DNA of 64,000 bases, from contig JAZDKJ010000006.1 of the NCBI GenBank assembly GCA_043803105.1, forward strand, positions 256,001 through 320,000, read 5' to 3'. Position 1 is the stretch's first letter; each line of letters begins with the position of its first letter. Source of the stretch: Candidatus Woesearchaeota archaeon. Its GTDB lineage: Archaea; Nanobdellota; Nanobdellia; Woesearchaeales; JAZDKJ01. Below, one piece after another: positions 30,145 to 40,226 of the stretch. The notes beneath the pieces were generated by a model, which made no database searches, was not told the DNA's origin, and saw only the letters and a program-made list of their open reading frames with translations. The translations under genes and the position numbers were made by a program.

Positions 30145-30504
30145 ATGCTGGACACAATAGTTGAGAAGCTCTTGGATGACAAGGAATTTGTTATTGCCTC
30201 CGCTGCTTACGTTCTTGCCTCTACTGCTGATTACCTTTACACCAGTGTTGGCTTGAGTAACGGCGCTATTAGCGCTGAGTTGAATCCTGTATTGAACTCA
30301 TACATAAGCTTGTATGGCCTCCAGGGCCTGCTTCTGGGAAAGTCTCTGTTTGTGGGGCTTGAACTCCTTGCTTGGAAGCTCATTGATATGGAAAGCAACT
30401 TTCGCGTTGAGTCCATACTGTATCCTGCTGCCCTACTTACTGCTATTGCGCCTACTGGGATTGTGCAGGATTTAGTCATCCAATTAATGCAGAAATCCCC
30501 GTAA
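30145..30504 (+). CDS. Membrane protein (DUF5658-like)
   Basis: DYLYT..ELNP motif, TM helices. Confidence 0.65.
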   Translation: MLDTIVEKLLDDKEFVIASAAYVLASTADYLYTSVGLSNGAISAELNPVLNSYISLYGLQGLLLGKSLFVGLELLAWKLIDMESNFRVESILYPAALLTAIAPTGIVQDLVIQLMQKSP

Positions 30505-30600
30505 TCACTATTTTTCCTGTCATGAACCACGTTTTCTGGGTTTTCAAAACGAAAGTATTTAATATTCTTATACTTACATCTATTAGGATAAAAGAGGTGT

Positions 30601-31176
30601 GTGATGCTTGTATTGTTCCAGCTTGTGGTTCTGTTCTTTGTTATATTTGACCCTCCCATGAGTTTTGCAGTTTTCTCTATAACAACCCAAAACCTAGATG
30701 ACAAGGAGCGACGCAAAATAGCAGCGCTGGCAATTTCGGTTGCAGCTGTCCTGTCTTATGGGGTTTTGCTCCTGGGTCCAAGGCTTCTCGACACCTTCAG
30801 CACCAATCTGGAGGATTTCAGGGTAGCTGGTGGCATTATTCTTGGCTTCCTTGGCATCAAGATGGCTTTAGGTTATCCTATTGCCAAGCTTGACCCAAAC
30901 AACTCTTCCAAGGCAATAGCTGCAATCATTGCAACTCCGCTGCTTACAGGCCCGGCCGCCATAACAGCCCTTATCTTGAACTCAAGTGATTATGGCCTTG
31001 TCAAAACAGCCCTCGCTGTGACAATTGTTCTTGCCTTCACAGCAGTCATCTTCTTTCAAGCACCAAGAGTCCAGAAATATCTTGGCACCACATCCATCCA
31101 GGTCATTTCCACTATTTTGGGCCTTATAACTGTTGCTTGGGGTGTCAAGTTCATAAGGATAGGCTTAGGAATTTAG
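30601..31176 (+). CDS. MarC family membrane protein
   Basis: IFDPP, FRVAGGIIL, PLLTGPAAI. Confidence 0.9.
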   Translation: MMLVLFQLVVLFFVIFDPPMSFAVFSITTQNLDDKERRKIAALAISVAAVLSYGVLLLGPRLLDTFSTNLEDFRVAGGIILGFLGIKMALGYPIAKLDPNNSSKAIAAIIATPLLTGPAAITALILNSSDYGLVKTALAVTIVLAFTAVIFFQAPRVQKYLGTTSIQVISTILGLITVAWGVKFIRIGLGI

Positions 31177-33254
31177 AACTGTAATCTGATTTTCTTTATG
31201 TTGTAGATGCCGGTGCACTTGTTCTCCATCTCTGATTGTGCCTCTTCAATCATCAGCCTTTTCTTGAACAAAGGACCGCTTATAACCAATGTTTCTGCTT
31301 CGCCTCCCTCAAATGCTATGTTTATCCTGTTCTTCTCATGAAGAATTGTCAGCTTATCAACATCTTCCTGGCAGATTTGCTTTCCAAGCCAGCTCTTGTC
31401 AAGCCCGTCTGCTGCTATTTTTATCACGATAAACTTGAATCCCTGGTTAAGTATTTCCCTCATCTCGCTTTCCTGGTTCAGGTGCCACAAGGGTGAGAAT
31501 ATCTTAAGTCCTAAAGAATCAGCTACCTTCTCTATCCTGCTGCGTTGGTATGTGGAATATAATGCTCCAGTAACCACTCCTTCTATCTTGTGCTCTTTCT
31601 TTGCAGTAACTAACGCCTTTTTCAGGTCCTCGAGCTCCAGTCCCTCAATTCCCTTGGTTCTCTGCTTTACAATTGGCATTTCCATTGCCATTGCCTGCAG
31701 TTCAGTTAGGCCAATGTTTGGCGTGTGGAACATGTAAGAGTCAGGATTCTCGCTTTCGATAGTGATTAAGCAGCAGACTTTGTAGTTCTGCCTGTTCATT
31801 ACGTACGCTGCATAACAACTATCTTTCCCGCCGGAAAATAAAACGCCTAACCTTAGGTTGTGTTTAGGATAGAACCTTCTCATGAATTCTGACTTGTATT
31901 TCAACCCTGCTTTCCTGGTAAGCTTTTCTATTACTCTCATGCTCCCGCTTCCGTACTGTGCAGCCCTTTTCTTTCTCTCTGCAAACTCCGGCGGAACTCC
32001 GACTTTGGTTGCAATATTCCTTAGTATAATCTTGTCCCTTTCTTTGTCCAGCTTGAGCCTTGCAGGCAATCTGAGACAGTATTCCACTAGCTTTGTGTCA
32101 AGGAATGGTAACCTTAGCTCCAGGCTGTTGTGCATGGTTATTACGTCATCACGGTAGAGATCCCTCTCATATATCTTCAGCAATCCTGACAGGCACTCTT
32201 TGTTTATATCAGAAGAGTTCTTGTGCCTTTGATATCCTGCGAATATCTCTTCTGAGCCAAGCCCTGAAAAAATTACCTTGCATCCATCCTTGTGTGCCTG
32301 CCTGCACGCCAAAAAAAATGGTAGGGCCACTGCCACTTTGGTTACGTTTGTGTCCTCTATCAATGGGACTGCTTGCTGTAATAGCCTAGGAACCTCTTTT
32401 TCTGTGGCATGCGTTACCTTGAGCTTTAGCCCAAGTTGTTTTGCTGCCTTCTTGGCATAACCTAAGTCTTCAGCGTGGTCTCCGACACATGCTGTGTAGC
32501 AGTTAAACTTGCAACCCAATTCCTTCAATATCTTTGCAATGATTGTTGAATCAACCCCTCCTGAGAACAACAGCCCGAATTTCTTGTCAGGAACTCTCTT
32601 GCGTATTGCCTCAAGCAACAGCTCCTGCACTTTCTCCTGTGCACCTTCCGGGTTCACTTCTTTGTCGGTCTTGAAGAACTTCCTGTCAACAAATGTCATC
32701 TTGTCAGCAGCTAAATTATACACAACTATCTGTCGCGGATTAAGTTCAATTATGTCACCATACCCTAAATCTTCAAGCGCTTTCTTCTCAGATGCAAAGG
32801 CAAACCCTTCTGAGTGGCTGTACCAAACTGGCTTTTCTCCGATTATGTCCCTCGCAAGCCAGAGTGTTTCTTCCTGTAGAAATGCGAAAGCATAGACTCC
32901 GTCCAGTTGTTCTATAGGTTTTAAGCCGTGAACTTCCATCATCCTTTGTATAAGCTCAGCATCATTCCTTGCGTTATACTCTTTATTCAATTCCTTCCAA
33001 TTGTATATCTCGCAATTTGCCACAAAACAGTTTGCCAATGGTTGGTCAATCTTTCCAACGATCGAATGCAGCGCATGGCCAAGGATGTTTCTTGACTTTA
33101 GAACTGGGAGTTTTGAGGGCTTGCTTGCAAAGTAAGTCTTTTTGCCATCAGTTATTCCATACCCATCCTTCCCCCTCTTCTTTAATATCTCGAGGCCTCT
33201 CTTTATCTTTTGTCCCGCCTCTGGATTGTTGAATATTCCTATTATGCCGCACAT
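31173..33254 (-). CDS. Asparagine synthetase B-like protein fused to diphthine--ammonia ligase (Dph6)
   Basis: MCGIIG, NCEIYN, FSGGVDS, ELRLPFLD, then FSGGKDS, SYMFH, EGGEAET. Confidence 0.9.
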   Translation of the reverse strand: MCGIIGIFNNPEAGQKIKRGLEILKKRGKDGYGITDGKKTYFASKPSKLPVLKSRNILGHALHSIVGKIDQPLANCFVANCEIYNWKELNKEYNARNDAELIQRMMEVHGLKPIEQLDGVYAFAFLQEETLWLARDIIGEKPVWYSHSEGFAFASEKKALEDLGYGDIIELNPRQIVVYNLAADKMTFVDRKFFKTDKEVNPEGAQEKVQELLLEAIRKRVPDKKFGLLFSGGVDSTIIAKILKELGCKFNCYTACVGDHAEDLGYAKKAAKQLGLKLKVTHATEKEVPRLLQQAVPLIEDTNVTKVAVALPFFLACRQAHKDGCKVIFSGLGSEEIFAGYQRHKNSSDINKECLSGLLKIYERDLYRDDVITMHNSLELRLPFLDTKLVEYCLRLPARLKLDKERDKIILRNIATKVGVPPEFAERKKRAAQYGSGSMRVIEKLTRKAGLKYKSEFMRRFYPKHNLRLGVLFSGGKDSCYAAYVMNRQNYKVCCLITIESENPDSYMFHTPNIGLTELQAMAMEMPIVKQRTKGIEGLELEDLKKALVTAKKEHKIEGVVTGALYSTYQRSRIEKVADSLGLKIFSPLWHLNQESEMREILNQGFKFIVIKIAADGLDKSWLGKQICQEDVDKLTILHEKNRINIAFEGGEAETLVISGPLFKKRLMIEEAQSEMENKCTGIYNIKKIRLQF

Positions 33255-33332
33255 ATCCTACAAAGTTAAGGGAGCACTTTAAAAAGCTAGCGTTGACCAA
33301 GCTTTAAATATGGCTTACTGATTTGCCCTGGT

Positions 33333-34289
33333 ATGAAGAGCGCTTTGGTCGGCCTTTCATTGTTGATTGTGGGGTACCAGTCCATTAACCCATTTACAAC
33401 CCCTGTAGTTTCTGCGCAGGTGCAAAACGAGACATTAGAGGATAGGGTGTTGATGCAGGTCGACCGTGCCAAAAAGCTCCTGGATCTAGGTAGGGAAGAC
33501 CTTGCCTATGACCTGTTCAAGAGAGCTTTGTCTGTGATGGCATGCAGCCCATCAACTTTTAGGTTTGAAAATGTCCTTGACTGCCTTGATGGTTATGATA
33601 CGTCATTCCATACTTACATTGCGAAGAAGGTGTGCCTCAGCGTTGACAATAAGGAATCGCTTAAAGAGGCAAATGAGAAGATAGTCCGTTTCCAGGGTGA
33701 GAGGTATACCCTGACAGACAATCTGAAGGATATGAGCAACCTTGCCTACGTATTGCTCGATATAAAGAATAAGGATACCTTGCACTTCTACAAAAAGTTG
33801 GCTGACTTTCTGGGTGAGGATGAGCACCCGTACACCCTCTTGGTGTATTCGGCAGTCCGCAACTCTCTCTTGACTGCTTTAAAAGAATCAGTACGCAGCA
33901 AAGGAAACATTAGCGAAGGTTTTTCTATCTGCAAACTGCTTATCGACTATCCATCCAACCATGACGATTGGCAATCAGATTTCATCCTCTCTATTGCTAA
34001 AGAGCTTAGGCTTAACCGCGAACGTTTTGAGCAACTGCCTTGTACTCACAGCAAAGAGGTCTTATCTAACCAATTGAACCTTCTTAAGCAGTTTGCTTAT
34101 CTTGTTTTGAACGCTGTACCTACATTTGAAATGTTAAGAAAAGAGGATTACCAAACAGAAATGCGCCAGGTTGAGTTTGAGGTCGCTATCACTCAATTTT
34201 ACGTTGACTTTGCAATATCTTGTGTCCTGCGCAAGCCCTTGCCCACATCCCCACCAGGCAAGCCTCTTGATTTCTTGGACCTTGGTTAG
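33333..34289 (+). CDS. Hypothetical helical exported protein
   Basis: Signal-like N-terminus, 318 aa. Confidence 0.65.
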   Translation: MKSALVGLSLLIVGYQSINPFTTPVVSAQVQNETLEDRVLMQVDRAKKLLDLGREDLAYDLFKRALSVMACSPSTFRFENVLDCLDGYDTSFHTYIAKKVCLSVDNKESLKEANEKIVRFQGERYTLTDNLKDMSNLAYVLLDIKNKDTLHFYKKLADFLGEDEHPYTLLVYSAVRNSLLTALKESVRSKGNISEGFSICKLLIDYPSNHDDWQSDFILSIAKELRLNRERFEQLPCTHSKEVLSNQLNLLKQFAYLVLNAVPTFEMLRKEDYQTEMRQVEFEVAITQFYVDFAISCVLRKPLPTSPPGKPLDFLDLG

Positions 34290-34380
34290 GACCATCGATG
34301 AAGCAAATTTTTGTGCCAGAGTTCTTCTTCTAAAAACCTTTAAATATCATCCAACAAAACTCTGTTAAAGTTTACCAATT

Positions 34381-34521
34381 GCGGGAGTGCCGGAGTGGCC
34401 AAATGATGCCTAGAAAGCTTCAGGCTTGACGGGTACGGTTCAGGGCCGTATGGCTTAGACAATTCAAGGGCTTCCTTGTCTTGGAGCAGTGCCTACGAGG
34501 GTTCGAACCCCTTCTCCCGCA
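34381..34521 (+). tRNA. tRNA-Leu(CAG) with two non-canonical BHB introns (D-loop 34403-34428; V-arm 34459-34489)
   Basis: GCGGGAG/CTCCCGC-A73; TACGG-TTCAGGG-CCGTA; BHB central helices GGCC/GGCT and GCTT/GAGC. Confidence 0.88.
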
Positions 34522-34620
34522 TTTTGTTCTTCTGAATTTTGTAAAATCCTAGTTACCTTGAATCCAATAATTGTCCACAAAAACGAAATATTTATATATA
34601 ATGTGGACAATACTATCCTT

Positions 34621-35529
34621 ATGGCATATATCGATAGAGTCAAATCCGGGAAAAAGACCTTCTATTACCTTGGGAAGACAATAAGGTTGGGCCAAAAGGA
34701 ATGGAAGAAGATAAGGATTAAACTAGGTGAAAAAGAGCCCACAAAGGAAGAAATCGCAGCCAAACTCAAGGATTTGAGACTTGAGCAATACAAAGTCTAT
34801 AATGAGGAATACCTTGATGCAGCGAAACTTGAGGTCATTGATGATTTCAGAGAGGTTTATCAAAACCATGTCAAGACTATCCCGAAGACAGTCCTTGAAA
34901 AGGAGGAAAATGCCTTTGTTATTAGGTTCACCTACAACTCAAATGCCATTGAAGGCAATAGGCTGACTTTACGAGATACTTACCTTATCATCAAGGAAAA
35001 ACAAATTCCATCAGGCGCTCCTCCAAAGGACTACAATGAAGCCATCAATGGCAGGGAAGCCTTTGACTTCATTAAGGAATACACGGGCAAGCTGACGATA
35101 GAGTTTATCGAAAAACTGAACGGCATCCTCACAAAGAACACAGGAGTGATTTATCCTGGAAGGGTGCGCTTCTTTCCGGTAAAGATCGAAGGAACGGAAT
35201 ATCAGCCGCCTGATGAAAAGGACGTGCCAAAACTACTGAAAAAGATGATTACATTCTATGACGAAAACAAACGAAAGATACATCCGTTTGTTTTGGCTTG
35301 CCTGATTCATGCGCAATTTGTTGAAATCCATCCTTTTGAAGATGGAAACGGGAGAACAGGCAGGGCACTGATGAACTGGGTCTTGCTGCAATCAGACTAT
35401 CCCAAGCTGTTTGTCCCGGTCAAGCTGCGGCCAAAATATTATGAGGCCATTGATCTGCACAATGCAGGAAATGTTAAAGGATATTGCGAAAAGATGTTTG
35501 AGATAGTTGTTGAGCAATTCACCTTGTGA
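34621..35529 (+). CDS. Fic family protein
   Basis: TYNSNAIEGN, HPFEDGNGRTGR; TTGTCCACA/TGTGGACAA inverted repeat around the TATA box. Confidence 0.93.
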   Translation: MAYIDRVKSGKKTFYYLGKTIRLGQKEWKKIRIKLGEKEPTKEEIAAKLKDLRLEQYKVYNEEYLDAAKLEVIDDFREVYQNHVKTIPKTVLEKEENAFVIRFTYNSNAIEGNRLTLRDTYLIIKEKQIPSGAPPKDYNEAINGREAFDFIKEYTGKLTIEFIEKLNGILTKNTGVIYPGRVRFFPVKIEGTEYQPPDEKDVPKLLKKMITFYDENKRKIHPFVLACLIHAQFVEIHPFEDGNGRTGRALMNWVLLQSDYPKLFVPVKLRPKYYEAIDLHNAGNVKGYCEKMFEIVVEQFTL

Positions 35530-35555
35530 GGCCAAGAGTGGTAGCAACAATATCG

Positions 35556-35586
35556 CCGCATCCAACGATACGGTTGCTGTGCTTCT
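35556..35586 (+). repeat. Cassette repeat R1
   Basis: CCGCATCCAACGATACGGTTGCTGTGCTTCT. Confidence 0.85.
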
Positions 35587-35669
35587 AACATACGTCCTCT
35601 CTCCAAAACTGCTATTGTCAAAAGAAAGATTTATATACACAGTATATATTAATGTATACGTGATGTAAC

Positions 35670-35897
35670 ATGGTACAAGCTGTGATAGATATTGATGAGA
35701 ACACCAACAGGGTCCTGAATATTGTGAAAGCTAAACACGGGCTCAAAGATAAATCTCAGGCCATTAATCTTGTTGTGACTGAATACGAAGAGAGTTTTCT
35801 CGAACCCGAATTAAGACCTGAGTACAAGAACAAGCTTGCCAAGATTTTGAAAGGTAGACACCTTTCCAGAGCAGAACTTGAGGGAGAGGCAAAATAA
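35670..35897 (+). CDS. Antitoxin (DUF2683-like)
   Basis: MVQAVIDIDENTNRVLNIVKAKHGLKDKSQAI; upstream of RelE-like gene. Confidence 0.85.
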   Translation: MVQAVIDIDENTNRVLNIVKAKHGLKDKSQAINLVVTEYEESFLEPELRPEYKNKLAKILKGRHLSRAELEGEAK

Positions 35898-36164
35898 TTG
35901 TATGCAGACCAATACAGTGAAGAAATTACTGATAAATTAGGCAGGCTCAAGAAGAAAGACACTAAACAATATCAAATTGTTTTCAAAAAGATTGATTGGA
36001 TCCTCGCAAATCCAAATCACAGATATAAAGATCTTCACCACAGCATGAAAGGGTTGCAACGCGTCCACCTGGGGCATTTCGTCCTGGTCTTTAGGATAGA
36101 CCATGCCAACAAGATTGTTTCTTTTGAAGACTATGACCATCACGATAAGATATACATAACTTGA
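35898..36164 (+). CDS. RelE/ParE-family toxin
   Basis: YKDL..MKGLQRVHLGHFVLVF..YDHHDKIY. Confidence 0.85.
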   Translation: MYADQYSEEITDKLGRLKKKDTKQYQIVFKKIDWILANPNHRYKDLHHSMKGLQRVHLGHFVLVFRIDHANKIVSFEDYDHHDKIYIT

Positions 36165-36178
36165 AAGAGCAATATCGT

Positions 36179-36210
36179 CCGCATCCAACTGTACGGTCGC
36201 CACGCTTCTC
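36179..36210 (+). repeat. Cassette repeat R2
   Basis: CCGCATCCAACTGTACGGTCGCCACGCTTCTC. Confidence 0.85.
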
Positions 36211-36282
36211 ATGCACATTTTAACTCCTATTGTAGTCACCCAAAATAGTAAGACTTAAATATGTAGTCACCTTACATATCCT

Positions 36283-37224
36283 ATGCATGTAGAAATCAGA
36301 AAAAAAGGAAAAAAGACCAAATATTACTTGGCACATTCCTTCAGGGAAGGGGGAAAAGTCCGAAAGATTCGGAAATACCTTGGGGAAGGCATTTCTAAAG
36401 ACCAGATTAAGGAAAAGCTGCAAAAAGCAGAATGGCAGATAAAAGAAACACTAAAAATCTATAATGAGATAAAAGACCCTCTAAAAAACTTGCTAACGAA
36501 TGAAGAGTTGGATCATTTGAAGATGCTAAGCTTTGATATTGGGCTAAAAATACAGCATCTTTCCGAAAAAGACTGGCAAAGGTTTGCCGAGGCCTTTACC
36601 TACGACACAAATGCCATAGAAGGATCAACAGTCACACTAGGGGAAGTAAAGAATATCATTGAGGGGAAGGAATGGCCAAGAGATGCGTCCAAGGAAGACA
36701 TCGCAGAGACATATGGGGTGGCAGAAGCAGTGCATTACATCAGGCAAACCAAAGAGCATGTTTCCATCAACCTCATAAAGAAACTGCACAGTATAGTATT
36801 TGCAAACTCAAAGCATTTTGCCGGAAAACTGAGGCCTAAGGGGGTTGAGGTCGTGATTCGGGATGGCAGGGGGAACATAGTCCATCAAGGTGCACCTGCA
36901 ACAAAGATCACCGCGTTGATAAGAGAACTTGCTGGTTGGTATGAGGTAAACAAGGCAAATTACCACCCAATCATCCTGGCTGCGGTTATCCATAATCAGT
37001 TTGAAAGCATTCATCCATTTCAGGATGGAAACGGAAGGGTGGGAAGGTTGCTTCTCAACAACATCCTGATAAAACATGGTTTGCCTCCAGTCAATATAGA
37101 GCTGAAGAACCGTGCGGAATATTATACCTCGCTCCAGGAATACCAGAGCAATGGCAATTTGAGGCCAACGATAGATTTGATTCTTAAGGAATACAAAATC
37201 CTTAAGAGACATCTTAAGAGGTGA
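36283..37224 (+). CDS. Fic family protein
   Basis: TYDTNAIEGS, HPFQDGNGRVGR. Confidence 0.93.
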   Translation: MHVEIRKKGKKTKYYLAHSFREGGKVRKIRKYLGEGISKDQIKEKLQKAEWQIKETLKIYNEIKDPLKNLLTNEELDHLKMLSFDIGLKIQHLSEKDWQRFAEAFTYDTNAIEGSTVTLGEVKNIIEGKEWPRDASKEDIAETYGVAEAVHYIRQTKEHVSINLIKKLHSIVFANSKHFAGKLRPKGVEVVIRDGRGNIVHQGAPATKITALIRELAGWYEVNKANYHPIILAAVIHNQFESIHPFQDGNGRVGRLLLNNILIKHGLPPVNIELKNRAEYYTSLQEYQSNGNLRPTIDLILKEYKILKRHLKR

Positions 37225-37258
37225 CTACAAAATGATGATTGTGTAGTCACCCAAAAGA

Positions 37259-37360
37259 GTGAATGGTAAGAAGATGTCGAAGTCCGATGGGAATTTTTAC
37301 ACAGTGCAGGATCTTGTTGACAGGGGTTTTAGCCCTGAAGCGATCAGGTATGCACTTTGG
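37259..37360 (+). pseudogene. Fragment of a class I aminoacyl-tRNA synthetase (CysRS-like)
   Basis: Translates VNGKKMSKSDGNFYTVQDLVDRGFSPEAIRYALW. Confidence 0.75.
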
Positions 37361-37385
37361 GTACAAATTCTCTGGTGACTAATCT

Positions 37386-37934
37386 TTAATGTAGGAGGAG
37401 TCGGATTGCCTCATACTTGTTTTTCACTGCTTTCTTCTGGCCAGGTGATAATTTTTGCCATGACTTCTGGTATTTTTTAAGGACCCATTCCTTGGCTTTA
37501 TCATGATTGAACCCGTTTATGCTGTAACCTTGGAATGCTTGAAGTACAAAATGGTCGAAATGGGATAGTGCATCAGCGTCTGTCAATGCGGTAGCTTCCT
37601 TCGATTTGAGGTCATCTAGCAGATCATGCTTCGATATACAATCCTTGACCCTCTTGATCATGGCCTTATCATAATGCAATTCCTCGAGTATCTTTGCAGC
37701 CTCTCTTGCCCCTGTTTTACTGTGAGATTTGAAGTCACCGCCCTTGATCAGATCGATATCATGTAACCATGCTGCCAATTCCACAATTCTTGGGTCTGCA
37801 CCATTTCTAGCTGCGAGCTTCTTTGCATATCGCACAGTGGACTTGATGTGGCTTTCCCAGTCAATCTTGTCGTTAAGACCTTGAGTTTCTTTTGTCCTGC
37901 AGAGCCTCAGCACAACATCTTCTACATCTCTCAT
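37386..37934 (-). CDS. HD-domain phosphohydrolase
   Basis: H..LAAWLHDI..H..DADA. Confidence 0.88.
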   Translation of the reverse strand: MRDVEDVVLRLCRTKETQGLNDKIDWESHIKSTVRYAKKLAARNGADPRIVELAAWLHDIDLIKGGDFKSHSKTGAREAAKILEELHYDKAMIKRVKDCISKHDLLDDLKSKEATALTDADALSHFDHFVLQAFQGYSINGFNHDKAKEWVLKKYQKSWQKLSPGQKKAVKNKYEAIRLLLH

Positions 37935-38107
37935 GGCACACCTTATGTTGCTGGCATTTATTAAATTATTGTTTGCAGATGCCTGTTTTTATGATTTTTC
38001 GTACTACTTGATGCAGTTAAAACAAATTTACCTTTCTGATCAAAAAAATCGATTGACTCGTTTGACATATAGTCTCTCATAGCGTTTTATTTCAATAATC
38101 TTTCGTT

Positions 38108-38410
38108 TCATTTCGGAATGCACCGATAATCCTGAATGTCCAACACCCAGCAATCTCCAGTCTTTACCACTTTATTATCCTTTAGGTAGATCTTTCCGTG
38201 GAACAAGGGGCTGTCGGTCACAAACGTGTGAAATTCACCGTATTCTCCACAAGGGTCTAACCCCTTCCCTTTTAAATACGCAATGAACTGTTCATCAAAC
38301 TTCTTTCCAACCCAGCCCATGTCTATGAGTGCCGCATTTACACAAATGATGTATGCTTCAATCCCCGATCTAATAGTCTCCCTTGCTAATTCTTCGGTGT
38401 TTTCATTCGC
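38108..38410 (-). pseudogene. 5'-truncated Dph6/MJ0570-family ATPase fragment
   Basis: ENTEELARE..AYIICVN..DPCGEYGEFHTFVTDSPLF; no N-terminal PP-loop. Confidence 0.75.
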
Positions 38411-38445
38411 AAACTTTAAATACTTATAACTAATTATAACAACTT

Positions 38446-38670
38446 ATGGCAACAACAATACAAGTCTCAGATAGGGTAAAGCAGACTCTTGACAGGATGA
38501 AACTCTATGAACGAGAAAGCTATAATGACGTGATTGAGAACCTGATTGAGGATCATCTGGAACTGAACGAAGACACGAAGAAACAGATTGAAGAAGCAAG
38601 AAAAAGAATCAAGTCTGGCAAATTCGTGACACAGGAAGAGATAGAGAGACGACTCCAATGTTCAAGATAG
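38446..38670 (+). CDS. Antitoxin
   Basis: MATTIQVS..ESYNDVI..IEEARKRIKSGKFVT. Confidence 0.85.
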   Translation: MATTIQVSDRVKQTLDRMKLYERESYNDVIENLIEDHLELNEDTKKQIEEARKRIKSGKFVTQEEIERRLQCSR

Positions 38671-38906
38671 TCTGGGACGCGAAGGCATTCCAGGAGCTTG
38701 AAAAGCTGGAATCCACTGTTTCTCGCAGGATACTTAAGAAAGTGAGGCAGCTGGAGGAAGACCCTTTCGCAAAAGACGTCAAGAAGCTAAAAGGCAGTGA
38801 TGGCTTCAGGCTGCGTATTGGTGATTATAGAGTTATCTTTGCGGTTGATAGCGGGCAAATCCAAGTTCTAAAAGTAGGTCATAAGAAGAACATCTACAAG
38901 GACTAA
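38658..38906 (+). CDS. relE: RelE-family toxin
   Basis: VKKLKG..FRLRIGDYRVIF..VGHKKNIY. Confidence 0.92.
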   Translation: MFKIVWDAKAFQELEKLESTVSRRILKKVRQLEEDPFAKDVKKLKGSDGFRLRIGDYRVIFAVDSGQIQVLKVGHKKNIYKD

Positions 38907-38925
38907 GACCTTTGGAGACTCCTCT

Positions 38926-38964
38926 CCGCATCCAACTATAAGGTTGCTGCGCTTCTCGGGCATT
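38926..38964 (+). repeat. Cassette repeat R3
   Basis: CCGCATCCAACTATAAGGTTGCTGCGCTTCTCGGGCATT. Confidence 0.88.
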
Positions 38965-40108
38965 ATGCCTTTTTCCCAAGCAGCTGTGCAGCGTATTCGT
39001 CCATGACTGAAGAACTTTCAGGGCTGACTTTCCTCTCAAGCTCTTGCAATTCATAGTAAACCATCTTCAGCTTTCTAATGGCTTTGGGATGGGTTCCTTC
39101 CTTAACTGCAGCCTGGAGACCCTTCGTGTAGTCAGCCAGGTCGCTGGCAAACCCCAAGTCCGGCAGTTTTTTTACCAGATTTTCTAGCGGATCCATTTCC
39201 GGCCGGTTTCCGAATTTGCTGTGAAGCTCTGCGTATTTCCGAACAAATGACTTAATAACTGCAAGATAATCTCTCAAGTTACTAACCTCTTCGCGTGAAA
39301 GCCTAAGAGCATTCTCCGCTTCGAGCTTTCTATCGAATTTCTTGATCTGTTGGTGGCTCCTCTCCATAAAAATTTTCGAATTCGAAAGTTCATTCTCATA
39401 GTGTCTGCCGATTGGGACAAAATGTGGCTTATATCCCTTTGCTTTGAAGAATTCGGCAAGGCAAGTTGAAATGTAATCCATTTTCTCAGCCATGCTCCAA
39501 TCGCTATGGATTTGAAAGCGCAATCCATTGTATCCAAAAGGGGCATTCATTACCTTCTCGAGGCAGAACGTTGTGAGCGGCTCGCGTTCAGACCTTGGGA
39601 GTTGTCTTGCATTCTGCAGATGATATTCTTTATTGTCTTGAACAGCATCAAAAAATTTTCTGAATTCTTCAATTATTTTTGGTCTTTCTCCCTTGTCTTC
39701 ATAGAAAAAGTACATGTCGTTATTCTGCACTTCAGGCAGCGGCCAATCGTCAACTTTATTTATGCTGAGATTGATAACTAACTTTATAGCTGCGTCTTTT
39801 TCCGTGGTTGGAATCTTGAAATATTCCTGTCTGGCTATTGAGCTATGGTCAATTTGATCAAACGTGAAAGCTGGTCTCCCAGTCTTGTAGTTCATAACCA
39901 GCTTTACTGCTGTTTTGCCTTCTAGGTCTTGGCGTTTTAAGGTAGGAACGTCCCCATATTTAGCAGCATAATACACCCTTATTGTGTCCTTAAGCTCAAC
40001 TAATTTTTTTTTCCAGAATTTTTCTGCGTTTGAATTGGTTTCCAGATTTTCATAATAGTGACTAAGTCTGTAAAGATGTTCCTCAAGGTTCATTTTTGTT
40101 TTTGACAT
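38963..40108 (-). CDS. Hypothetical protein (cassette cargo)
   Basis: 381 aa ORF filling the R3-R4 interval. Confidence 0.75.
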   Translation of the reverse strand: MSKTKMNLEEHLYRLSHYYENLETNSNAEKFWKKKLVELKDTIRVYYAAKYGDVPTLKRQDLEGKTAVKLVMNYKTGRPAFTFDQIDHSSIARQEYFKIPTTEKDAAIKLVINLSINKVDDWPLPEVQNNDMYFFYEDKGERPKIIEEFRKFFDAVQDNKEYHLQNARQLPRSEREPLTTFCLEKVMNAPFGYNGLRFQIHSDWSMAEKMDYISTCLAEFFKAKGYKPHFVPIGRHYENELSNSKIFMERSHQQIKKFDRKLEAENALRLSREEVSNLRDYLAVIKSFVRKYAELHSKFGNRPEMDPLENLVKKLPDLGFASDLADYTKGLQAAVKEGTHPKAIRKLKMVYYELQELERKVSPESSSVMDEYAAQLLGKKA

Positions 40109-40187
40109 CGGCGAATCACTTACTATTTAAAACAAAACAAAGAAGGAGGCACGCTTACTTCTTATATAGCTTTCTCCTTGTCGGTTA

Positions 40188-40226
40188 CCGCATCCAACTA
40201 TATGGTTGCTGCGCTTCTCCCGCATT
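40188..40226 (+). repeat. Cassette repeat R4
   Basis: CCGCATCCAACTATATGGTTGCTGCGCTTCTCCCGCATT. Confidence 0.9.
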
